Position numbers and translations under genes: made by a program. The notes beneath the pieces are model-generated. The model was not told where the DNA came from and did no database searches. It saw nothing but the letters and a program-made list of their open reading frames with translations. A stretch of 64,000 bases of DNA from Dimorphilus gyrociliatus (lineage: Eukaryota; Animalia; Annelida), in contig CAJFCJ010000014.1 in the NCBI GenBank assembly GCA_904063045.1, positions 1,919,643 through 1,983,642 of the forward strand, in the 5' to 3' direction. This document shows positions 44,305 to 55,021 of this stretch, piece by piece (the stretch's first letter is position 1; each line of letters opens with the position of its first letter).

Positions 44305-45099
44305 TATACATCTATAAATACTAAGAGCAGAAAATACTAACATCAATAGTAACGGCTACTTTGGCGTAGAAAACTTGAACAACATTTCCAAGAACATTTT
44401 GTTTATTGTAAGCATTTTTAGCGACTTCAGCATTTTTTTCAGAGTCATACTCCACACGAACTCGGCTTAAACTAGGAAGATAATCGAATCTTGTTTCCTT
44501 TGAATAAAGTTTGAAGAGTTCTTCAAAATGGGCCTGAAGAGATCGATGAAATCATTAAATTTTGTTATATATAAGGCTAAAGACTATTATTTGGGCAATT
44601 AAATCATGTTCGTTATACTCTGTTTATTCTCAGTTTACAATCAAATAATTAGTTTAATCGAATTCGAGGTAGCTAAGGCCTTATCGCAAGCATTTGCGTC
44701 AGAAAGGACATGTTATTTACATTGACTCATTTTGATATAAACAGTAAAAATAGCTTCAAGAAACAATGTCTATATGTAATAATCCATTCCATAAGGTGGA
44801 ATGTCATATGAGATAATGCAATAGCTTATTGCTATATTTTTAAAGCTTACCTTTATCTTAGCATTTGTAAAAACTGCTTTGTGAACGTTCGCAACGATGA
44901 GCACCTTTAAATTCGGTTCCGTGTTGAGATAAGTAAGTCCCATCCCTTCCTCCTTACTTAATAATTGACTCTTATTGTTAATTGTCTTCCTAATCCTTTT
45001 TGATGAGTCTTGTAAAGCTATTCGATTTATCCTGTCTGCTAAATCTTGATCAGTTTCAACCGTCCTGTCTGATATGGAACTAGTTACTGGATTAGCCAT
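43690..45099 (-). CDS. RCAN: Calcipressin / regulator of calcineurin, 4 exons
   Basis: RRM-like N-terminus, FLQVPERERNFLISPPASPPVDW (LxxP + SP repeat), HPGIIVH (PxIxIT-like) and PKIIQTRRP. Confidence 0.95.
44261..44302. repeat. (TA)n microsatellite in RCAN intron
   Basis: Directly visible TA run. Confidence 0.95.
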
Positions 45100-45309
45100 A
45101 TTTTTTAGTTTCTTGCAAAAACTGAAAGAGCGACAATCTATATAAAGAATCACCTCTACAATCGCACAACACTGATGATGTCTCCAACAAGACTAAGTCT
45201 TTCTGATCAATGTAAAATTCTATTATACCCACCTATTCACGAATTATTCAATTACTGATGAAACAAACATGGTATTTTCATATGTTCGAACGTTGGTGTA
45301 TACTTTCTA

Positions 45310-45340
45310 TGACGTCATTGGCTGCTATGGATCACGTGAT
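45310..45340. promoter_or_regulatory. CRE + CCAAT + E-box module upstream of RCAN
   Basis: TGACGTCA at 45310-45317, ATTGG at 45317-45321 and ATCACGTGAT at 45331-45340, about 210-240 nt upstream of the ATG. Confidence 0.55.
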
Positions 45341-46776
45341 GCAAGTCCAACTCCGCATTGTATTTCCTTACTGAGGGAAATTTTTAATCATTTAAAACTT
45401 ACTCATGTACGTAATAAACTAAATGGTATATATTATTGAAAGGGAATTATCCATTATTCATTTCCAACCGTCAAATTAGACTGATGTTTTAAAAAGTTTT
45501 AAGCGTTTTCATAAATCCCAACAGGAAGTGGTAGTGTTTACAATCGCAATTTTTTTGTATACATTTTGAAATAAGTATCAAATTAGTAAAAGCTTAATTA
45601 AGCATTAGTCTGTTTATTAATTTCAGTAATTTGACCAAAATAATTATAGAATGTCAAAAGATATAACAATCTAGTACTAACTTTACAAAATCATTGAATA
45701 TTTAATATCATTTTACAATTGTATAATAAAGATACATAAAAGAGTAAAAAAAAAACAAACCAAAAATAAATTCAATTAACTAATTAAATTATAAATTAGA
45801 GTTTAATAAAATAAATTTGACATTATTGACTTTTCTTTATTGTATTCAAGATTATTTTTAACGAAAAAATAAACTGTCACCAAATGAATAAAAGTGCTTC
45901 GAGTTGGGTGCAAATGTTTAGTGACGGATATGTCTAGAGAGGAGTTAAAATAAGTATTAGTTTCTGAAAAAGTCACGTGAAAGTGAAATATAAAAATCCA
46001 CTTGGGAATATCCTGCAGCTATAAATTTCCTTTGTTTATGTTTTTAAGTCTTGCTTCTTTAAATTTATATGTCAATTTTTAAGTTAGGGAAACAATTAGA
46101 AATAAAATTATATAGAAAATTTTATTTAAATTACAAGTAAGTTGATTAAATGCAAAAGCATCATAATAAGAAATTAATTCAATTATAGCCCATCATTAAA
46201 ACTGATTTAAACCGAGTAAAAAATTAAAAATAGCCTATAAAACTGATTAGTTTTATCTTTGTAGCTATTAATCGTAGCAGGAATATGAATCAACTAGTAA
46301 ATTGAAGAATAGCTTTATGTCTTCCACATGATGTGTGATGAAATAATGTTATATGATAATGCTATATGCTTTTTAAAGTAATTGTATGAGGCTCAATGTA
46401 AATCTATCTAATGTAATTTACATAGATTTTGGACAGACTTTTTAATATGAGACAGAGCTAACTCTGACAAAAAGCCATAAACATTTCTTTCTAATTCCCA
46501 TTGTTAATCTATAGTAACCAATCTATTTTTGGTAATTTTTTTATAGTAAATCTAAAGCTATTTAAGTCATATGTAGTACGATTTACTATGAAAATGATAC
46601 TTATTAAAAAATTACTTGAGTGGCCAAAGTATTTACATAAAATATTATTATTAAATTTATATTTTACACATATACCCATACCTATAAATATTTATAGGTG
46701 TATATAAAGAAAAAAGTCAATTCTCAGCCGTAAATCAACAATATGTATCTGGCAGTCATATCATGCTCATTTTCAT

Positions 46777-47339
46777 TTAGGAAGCCCTTTTCTCAATAGT
46801 ACGTAGTTGCTTCTTCTTCATTCTTTTTATTTTGGCTGTATTTTTTATCTAAAAGAAAAATTCAATCTTTAATTACAGAACGCAGAGTATTTCAACAATT
46901 GTTTTACTCACCACTTGAACAACTTCACTCTTTCTTTGATTCTCTTCCCTTCTCTTCCTGTTGAGTTCACCTCTCTCACGTTTTTCCTTCATCCTCTGTG
47001 CGCGTTCCTCTTTCAATTCTTGCTCTCTTTCTTTAAAAAATTTGTGAGTCTTTTTCGAATCCATTTTCTTTTCCCAAGAAGTTTTCAGAGGTTTGACTTT
47101 TTTTATTGCAGAATGTCTAAATTAAATAACGACATTACATGCAATCTTTTGCCCAGATTAACTACGACTAAAATAAGATACCTTTCTTCTCTCAATGTTT
47201 TCCATGTTCTTCCAGATTTGATCCTTCCTTTTGTGTCTTTGACAACACCAACAGGTTGTTGAACATCACCAGCTTCATCTGATATCACAAGGTTATTTTG
47301 CTTTAAAAGCATAGAAGGATTTTTTATTTCTGTCTTCAT
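46777..47339 (-). CDS. CCDC86: Coiled-coil domain-containing protein 86 (Cgr1-like nucleolar protein), 3 exons
   Basis: [55 protein letters not shown]. Confidence 0.9.
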
Positions 47340-47903
47340 GCTGTCAATAAAGTCGTATCATTAATATTACAAGAAATATAGACGATCAAGTAAAATATTG
47401 CAAGTAAACAACTCACATGGTTCCGGAAAGGAAGTGTATAATAACTCCGCACCCACCGATTTCCGGTTTGAAAGGCGCCTAATTCGATGAAAATGTAAAT
47501 TCATTTTAATATATTTTGAATACCTTTGGGAATAAAAGAAAAAAAACTAACTTGTCATAAATGTCAATATGTTATTTTTAGGCTATTCACTGCTCTAAAT
47601 TTGAAATTTAATTATAATAACAATGTAATTTAAAAAACTATACAGAATTCTTACGATTTAATAATAAGAGCTTAATGAAAATAATAGTTGGATAAAAAAG
47701 CTGTACAAAATAGTTACATCTTATAATAATAGAAAGTTAATTTGTAGCTGAAATATTTAACAAACCTATATAGAAGCTTTCATTTATAATCAAAAATTTT
47801 TCTAAAGAGAATTCCTGGTTTTAAAGCCTATTTCTGAATGGAGTTCATTTATAATTAGTCATTCTAAAAAGCAAACAGTTATCAACAAAAACTAGTTCGA
47901 ATT

Positions 47904-50900
47904 ATGGAACGTAGCAAAATTAGATGGGATGATGGGGTCGGTGACTTCAAAACCGAGGACAATGAAATAGCTGAGAGCGTTGGATCTATTAGAAGAGCGG
48001 ATATGAATATCTATCCGTTTTACGGAGGAGGACAACCCTTAATGGCTCAACAAGTATCGTCTTTTCAATCAGGATATCAAACAGGTCTAAGCCAGAAACC
48101 GGAACAATATATATATATTGATGGGCAACGAGTCCGCAAAGTAAGGCTCGGTTGGCGGACGAAATTATCAACTAGACTGCCGTTTATTAAAAGATCTCGA
48201 CTTCGCTTTGTTGAAGGAACATGTTCAATGTGTGTGCAGAGACTAGTTGAACCGAGATTTATGAGAACTTGTCCTCACGGTTTTTGCGAATCATGTCTTA
48301 GAGCTTATGTAGATAAAAAGAGACTAATTATAGGGGAAAGACTCCCGTGTCCAGTTTGTAATATACCTTGTCCTAACCCTCTTCCTATTACGAATTTACC
48401 GCGTTTTCAACAAATCATCTGCAGTCTAAATCCATACCACGGCCCAGCGTCCGTAACATGTGAAGAATGTCAGAAAAGCGTCTGCGACGAATGCGCTCCT
48501 ATTTTTCGCGAAATGCACTCATCAAAAGTATTTGAAAGTCATCAATTAGAGGCTACGAGACAAGCTGAATGTCACGTGGTACATCCTTATTCAAAGCGTT
48601 TAATGTATTGTAAGCGTCACCAAGATATATTGTGCAGAAAATGGTGCAACAATTGTAGTGTAGCTATTTGTATTAATTGCGTAAATGATATTCACAAGGA
48701 GCATGAATATGTAGATTTAAAGGCATTGGCTGAGAAGAGAATTGCTGAGCTGGAATATCTATTGTCTCTGGTAATTCAAAAGATAAAAGAAAATAAGAAA
48801 GCTGACAAAGATATTGTAAAATCGTCTTCCAAAAGTGGTGGCACTCTTAGTCCTATAAAGAAAACTAGCAGAGAGAGTACAAGTTCCAGAAAATTAAGGG
48901 ATCGTATTAAAGAATATTGCGAAGGGGAGAAGAAGATTTTGAAGAGAGCCTATCAGGATGCGGTCAGGGCAATTAGGGATCAGGAAAAAAATATGAAAAG
49001 GGAATTAGAGGAGAGCGACAAGAAATACATATCGGCAAGAACTGCCTATAAAAAGGCTGTTAAACAAGCCAAGAAGGTGGCTAAACGCCTGTCAGAGCAT
49101 ATAAATTATCTTATTAACAAAGCCGATTACCATGAAATTACTCATGATGCTGTTTATCAGGTACGTAAGGAAGTGGAGATGATAACGACTATACCAGCAC
49201 CCCCTAAAGAGAAAGATATTCGAATTGTGTCAACAGGTGTCGCTTTGAAAGTAGAATTTATGGTAAATAAAGTCCGTGCGTTTATTAAAAAAAGTGACGG
49301 AGATCAAGAGAGTTCCGACTCGGAAGGTGATATTTTAAATCATCCTATTTCACGACCTTTAGGCCTATTGAAGCGTAGTCCTAGGCCAAGCAGGGAAAGT
49401 CTAGAGAGAGAGCCTTCGGATACACGTAATAAATTTAGAAAGACGAAAAAGAACACATCTAAATCGGATTTTCAAGAAAGTTTATCGATTGATAGTTGTA
49501 AAGTACAGCCAAAGCCGAAGGGAAAGATTGAAGGCTCTTTGGAGGAATTAGATGAATTAAAAAAGGAGCAGTTATCCTTGGAGAGTAAGTCTTCGAAGAA
49601 AAGCAAGAAATCCAAGGTTAGGAAGCAAGAGAGAGCGCGTTTTGCTGAGAAACACAACGATCCTGAGCAGGTAGTGGAGATATACGTTACGGACGTTAGT
49701 AATCGACTAAAGACAAGGGGAGAAAAAGAGGAAGTAGATAAGACTGGCATGCTTAAGACGGTTGCCAGTCAAACTATGACTCAAATCGCCGAAACAGTTG
49801 AGAGAAAAGCTAAAAAGAAGGAAAAAAAAGCCGAAAAAAAGAATGAACGTAAGAAGAAGAAGAAAACAAAAATCAAGAGGATGGGATCAGATGAAATAGA
49901 TAAACTTATTGAGAAGAGTGAGTCGGAAGACGATACGGATGAAAATCTGGAAGATGAAGCGGATGAGAACGAAAGAAGAGATGAAGACAAGTTGAATACT
50001 AAGAAATTATCTACCTTACGTGGAAATGCTTCTGGGAATAGTAATGCTATACATAGTGGAATTCAACTGTTTACAGCCAGAATTACTGCTAGTCCTATTC
50101 CAGAAAATTTCGCCAATGAGAGTTTGATAAATGAATCAGCATTATTTTTAAATCAAGCAAAGATTAGAAAATCGGAAATTTCTAAAGAGGATAGATCAGA
50201 CACGACGCTCTCTTCTTTCCAATCAACGTCCCATCTTTCTAAAGAGGGGAATCAAATTACTGATTATTCCGTTATATCTAAATTGACTTTGGATGAAAAT
50301 TACGTAATTAGAGATATTTGCTTGACAAAAAATTGCCTGATTCTGGGCCTGGAATGCATATGGGAAGTAGATAGTGGACAATTGATATCTTTACCTAAAA
50401 ATTCTCTCGGGGAAGGTTACGCTATGGAATCGAAGAAAATCTTGTTTAATGGAGCCATTCGATGTTGTTCCGCAACATACGATGGCCAAGAAATTTATTT
50501 TGCCGCCGAAACTTCTCAAAAGGCATCATGTCGTCTATACTGCCTGAAATCGAATCAAGGCATCCAAATAGTGGAAATTTTTGACGACGTTAAGGCCCTT
50601 CATCTTAATCCATCATCGTTCAACCACGGTACAGTTATTGCCAAATTAAAAGGAGATAAATTCTATACAATTAGCCATTGGACACAGAATTTTAAAAAGT
50701 TGGTTTGGAAAGAAATGCTATCAAAGTCAATAGATACTGATAATCGCCTATTTATAAGGCACGATCATAAATTAAATACAATAGCCATTACAGACTGTTC
50801 CAATCTATGGATTGTTGAAAGAAATGACACTTCTTGTGTTTATAATTTAACGAAAGGACCACCATCGCCATTAGGTATTTGTCTATATAAAACAGGATTT

Positions 50901-51095
50901 TTAATAGCTTATCACAACGGTTTGGCCTTCTTTGACGACGATGGTAAAAGACGTCAAGACTTAATTAACCAACTACCATATAGTTGCATAGCCGCATATG
51001 ATGAACTTGTCGATAAACTCTACATAGGTACACTTAACGGTCATCTATACATTCTAGAAGTTATTTCAAAAAATAAGGAAGAGGCGAATGAATAA
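47904..51095 (+). CDS. Intronless TRIM-like E3 ligase: RING, two B-boxes, coiled coil, charged linker, C-terminal NHL-like beta-propeller (1063 aa)
   Basis: C3HC4 RING (CSMC...CPHGFCESC...CPVC), B-box1 (CEECQKSVCDEC...H), B-box2 (CKRH...CNNCSVAICINC...HKEH). The C-terminal ~270 aa is beta-strand rich and includes SPLGICLYKTGFLIAY. Confidence 0.8.
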   Translation: MERSKIRWDDGVGDFKTEDNEIAESVGSIRRADMNIYPFYGGGQPLMAQQVSSFQSGYQTGLSQKPEQYIYIDGQRVRKVRLGWRTKLSTRLPFIKRSRLRFVEGTCSMCVQRLVEPRFMRTCPHGFCESCLRAYVDKKRLIIGERLPCPVCNIPCPNPLPITNLPRFQQIICSLNPYHGPASVTCEECQKSVCDECAPIFREMHSSKVFESHQLEATRQAECHVVHPYSKRLMYCKRHQDILCRKWCNNCSVAICINCVNDIHKEHEYVDLKALAEKRIAELEYLLSLVIQKIKENKKADKDIVKSSSKSGGTLSPIKKTSRESTSSRKLRDRIKEYCEGEKKILKRAYQDAVRAIRDQEKNMKRELEESDKKYISARTAYKKAVKQAKKVAKRLSEHINYLINKADYHEITHDAVYQVRKEVEMITTIPAPPKEKDIRIVSTGVALKVEFMVNKVRAFIKKSDGDQESSDSEGDILNHPISRPLGLLKRSPRPSRESLEREPSDTRNKFRKTKKNTSKSDFQESLSIDSCKVQPKPKGKIEGSLEELDELKKEQLSLESKSSKKSKKSKVRKQERARFAEKHNDPEQVVEIYVTDVSNRLKTRGEKEEVDKTGMLKTVASQTMTQIAETVERKAKKKEKKAEKKNERKKKKKTKIKRMGSDEIDKLIEKSESEDDTDENLEDEADENERRDEDKLNTKKLSTLRGNASGNSNAIHSGIQLFTARITASPIPENFANESLINESALFLNQAKIRKSEISKEDRSDTTLSSFQSTSHLSKEGNQITDYSVISKLTLDENYVIRDICLTKNCLILGLECIWEVDSGQLISLPKNSLGEGYAMESKKILFNGAIRCCSATYDGQEIYFAAETSQKASCRLYCLKSNQGIQIVEIFDDVKALHLNPSSFNHGTVIAKLKGDKFYTISHWTQNFKKLVWKEMLSKSIDTDNRLFIRHDHKLNTIAITDCSNLWIVERNDTSCVYNLTKGPPSPLGICLYKTGFLIAYHNGLAFFDDDGKRRQDLINQLPYSCIAAYDELVDKLYIGTLNGHLYILEVISKNKEEANE

Positions 51096-51471
51096 ATTAA
51101 GATAACCCAATTACGAAAAATATTAATAAAGTATTAATTGAACAAGTTGTCGTTATTCTGACGATAAAAATTGTTTTATTGTTAAAACCTTGAAACTTTT
51201 TATCGTTAACACTGTAAAAAGCTACTAGTTAACAAAAAAAAAGTTGATTGTTTTTCTTAACAAAACCACGTCACAGCAAACATTTGTACACTTCTTCCGT
51301 TCGTATGTACAAAAAAACCATTTATAAAAAAAATGCAAAACTTATATAATCAACATAAAAAAGAGATTAGTATTATCCTTCTCCTTAATAATTTATACCA
51401 GAGTCTCTATAGGGTTAGCACCAGGTTTCACAAACGATGAATTTGAGAGTATATTTTTATAGTTGTTTGTC

Positions 51472-52038
51472 TTATCTGAATTCGACATGATGTTCTTCGA
51501 GATTGTCTTTTTTGGAGTTTGCGTCTCTATTCTGTAAAATAAAAAACGATAGAAAATATAAACACAATAAATACAATTGATAAATCACATATTAACAAAC
51601 ATGCGTACTATATATATAGATGTTGAAAAGTAGATATAGCAAACTCTTAAAGTGAAAAATTTGGGACAGTAAGAATTATCTGGGAATTTTTAGAAAATGC
51701 AAAAAATCTTTAGATAACTTAGCAATAAATCATAAAGAATAATAATAAAAAAGAGAAATCATTTCAATAAATTAATTAAGAAAGTAAATCACAACAATTA
51801 AATAATCTAGATATTTTATTTAGGTTCTTATTTCTTTACCCGTTTATGATCTTGTGTTAGTTTTGAGCATTTTTGTGCTTTTATGTTTTTTAGTATGTTT
51901 ATATAGTTGTAAAGTGATTTTTTTTTAGATTTTCATAATATAAGTTTTTGATTCCTGCAAAAAAAAGAAAAATAATTTTTGTCCCAAGTTTTTCGAAAGA
52001 TTAGATTAAATAATTAATATATATGAAAGTTATGAATA

Positions 52039-52073
<35 letters not shown>

Positions 52074-53522
52074 GAGATATATAAAGTTAGAATAGAGAGT
52101 ATACTATAGCAGGTTTAAGATTTTGAATTTATTCCATAGGGGGAGAACCTGATGTCAATTTTATCCAAAATAGAATATTAAATACTATTAGAATGTGTGA
52201 GAGACGACAGTATAGAGATACTTGTGAAATACTTATATCAGGCTGTTTAAATTAAAAACCTGCTATCATTATATCCGCTATTATTTTCACATACGCTTTC
52301 TCTGTTTCTAAATCTGATGAAGGCAATAAAGACAAGAAGAACAACAACAGCAAATCCAGCTAACGCAATTCCAATAATTCCTCCAGTTGATATTATCGGT
52401 GGACTTCCCGTAACTCCAATAGATTCTCCAACTGTAACTAGAAATGAGATTATTCTTATCAACACTTGAATTACTTAAATATATTTACGTTTAGGTTGAT
52501 ATAACTTTATTGGGCAATTGCCGTACTTTAACGTATTTATATCTCCTAAGAACTCCCATTTATCATCACTAATATATTTTGTTAACTCTAATTTCCAATC
52601 ATTTTTAGGAAAAATTGCATGAGATTCTGTTAAATTTTCACTCCTAAAAATTAATTTCATTTTATCTGACGGATCCTCTGACGCTATGGAAAAATTTTTA
52701 CGATTTGTTATTGTTGTTTTAACTATTAACGTTATTATTAATAATTTCCTCACCAGTTAGTAATATTGGTCGGTGATCATCGACTGATAGAACAAAATAA
52801 AAATCATCAATTTTTTCACCTCTAGACAGTACTTTTAGAGTTATTGGTTCATCCCATCTCTGATTAATTCTAGGGAATGGCTGAAAAATGTATATTTAAA
52901 GTTAAGAATTTTCTTAATTATATGAGCAATAATCTACCTCTGCATTAGAAGTAACTGAGGATGATATTTCATATGAGTAATCACCTTCCCATAAATGATT
53001 TTCTAGGAATATTCTGGCCCAATTCCAAAATTTTGTTTCGTTCGTTGGAAGGTTACCTTAATAAGAAACAGAAGGAAAAGAAAACTTTTATAGAATTGTT
53101 CATACGAAAGAAATAGACTACTGACTTGGTATACATTCAGGTTTTGCAGGTTCAAATTTTCTTGTTTCACTATTACAATATACCGTTGATGAACCATTCA
53201 GTTTATAATTTGAATAACACGTATAATCAATCTGCATAGTCTTGGTATTGGGCTTTGGTTGTCCATTGTCAATTGCAAAGGATCCACAAGCTAATAATAA
53301 ACGGTAAAAATGATTATGTAATATACAAAAAGAAAGCTGTTTATTTCGATTATTCATCAGGTCACAGCTTTGTAGATGGTACGTAGTGGTATTTCAGTGC
53401 AGAGAATAAACAACTTTTTAATGTTATTCTATTTATTCTTTCTTACCTAGAATATCTCCGTTTCCTCTGTCAATCAATTTAAATATATAAATAAAAATTA
53501 TAGTCAACGGTATATTTTCCAT
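51472..53522 (-). CDS. Type-I membrane protein with one sushi/CCP domain and an unassigned ectodomain, multi-exon (3' end tentative)
   Basis: Signal-peptide exon MENIPLTIIFIYIFKLI. Sushi exon CGSFAIDNG...YTCYSNYKLNGSSTVYC...KPEC. TM GGIIGIALAGFAVVVLLVFIAFI-RFRNR. The candidate last exon is NRDANSKKDNLEEHHVEFR*. Confidence 0.65.
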
Positions 53523-53791
53523 TTTCTGAAAAGATATAATTAGCTTATTATTTACGAAAAACGTAACGAGAGCGAACTATTTTGTACAGATATTATACTC
53601 TGTCTTTTACAACTTTTTTGCAATTATTTATCCTATGTGACACATAAAAATAAGAAAGCATCTTTCGTACCTGAAGTAACAAATTCTAGATAAGCAGTAA
53701 TCCTCTATTAATGTTCAGAAACTTATAAAATAATTTGTTAAGATACAACATTGGCTCAAACAGCCATTTTTATATTATTAGGTTTAAGTGA

Positions 53792-53811
53792 ACACGTGAT
53801 ATATCACGTGT
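53792..53811. promoter_or_regulatory. Perfect 20-bp palindrome ACACGTGATATATCACGTGT carrying two E-boxes
   Basis: Exact inverted repeat 73-92 nt upstream of the BLOC1S4 ATG. Confidence 0.6.
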
Positions 53812-53883
53812 CTCTTTCGGAAAAAGGTCAAGGTTATATATACATTTATTGTATCTCTTTGATGAAGTGGAGAAACTAGTATT

Positions 53884-54675
53884 ATGTCAATTACGGATGA
53901 AACTATTAAAGATAATCTCAGTCACAACGACAGTCTAAAATCCGAAAGGTTATAAGTACATCATTAAATAGCATTGACGGTTGTATTCACAGGAAAAAAT
54001 GTAAATTTTTGTAGTAGTGTTAGAAAAAACGATTTGGAAAAAGTTATTCAAGAAACAGCTGCAGACTATTCATCATATATTCAAGTTGATTCTTCGGAAG
54101 AAGTAAGGGTTCATTTAATATATTAATTTTTATGCCACAAAATTTTCGCATTGCAGCGTAATTTTGATTTTTTTTCTCCTTAAAGATTAAGAGATTCGAC
54201 GATGAAATAGATGGATTAATGAATAAACTAGACGACTTTGTTAATCTCATTGAATTGGTAATTATAAATAATTTAGTAATTTCATATAATACAACATTTT
54301 CATTAATTACTATCGAAAAGATTCGAGAAGACTCAACGTGCTGCTATGGACAAATACTACCTCTGGTAGAAACTCAACTTGAATCTTTAGATCCGGTTTT
54401 CAATAGCATAGATAAACTAGAAATACTAATTGATACCATAAAGAAACAAATGAACACGCTTGAAGGACAAGTTTCAACGGCTGAAAGTCATTTTGGTACA
54501 TTTTCAGGGATAAAAAAGTCATTTCTAGGAAGACTTTTTGGGGTAAAAAAAAAACAAACAAAATTTTTATTGTTCTTTTATCAATTTGCTTTCCAAATAG
54601 AAAAAACAATTGAATGAAGAAATTCCAAAATATGTTCGACCAGAGATATTTAAGACTGAAGACTTTTTTCAATAG
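53884..54675 (+). CDS. BLOC1S4: BLOC-1 subunit 4 (cappuccino), 5 exons
   Basis: ETAADYSSY, LMNKLDDFVNLIELIRED, VFNSIDKLEILIDTIKKQMNTLEGQVSTAE and C-terminal YVRPEIFKTEDFF* match the recalled BLOC1S4 pattern. GT-AG junctions are in frame. Confidence 0.78.
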
Positions 54676-55021
54676 AATATTAAAAAGAAAGGAAGAGAGA
54701 GAGAGAGAAATGTATACATATTTACAATTTCATAACTATACGAAATAATACAAATTATTATTTTTTGTATTATGTTACAATCTTATTAAATATTAGATTG
54801 CGTAATTTATTAAAGAGAAATCTTTTATAGCATTTAATCCTTTTTTCTATTAAAAATAGAAACTTTTGTGGAGAGACTAACTAAAATATATATACAGTTA
54901 ATGAAATAAATGATATTTTTCTATCTAGTGATCTTGTCTTTTTTAAATGCTTTTGAAGAGAAGACAAATGATTATAAACATAATTTTGAATAGCTAAAAC
55001 TAGGATTCTTTTACCTAAAGT

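Noticed and set aside
47118-47181. CCDC86 intron starting GTATCTT, resembling a U12-type donor
   Set aside because: It mismatches the GTATCCTT consensus and has no TCCTTAAC branch site near the acceptor.
52723-52753. Apparent 31-nt micro-intron in the sushi gene
   Set aside because: A single ~97-nt intron from an upstream GTGAAA donor to the same acceptor also keeps the frame and contains a TACTAAC branch point, which is more parsimonious.
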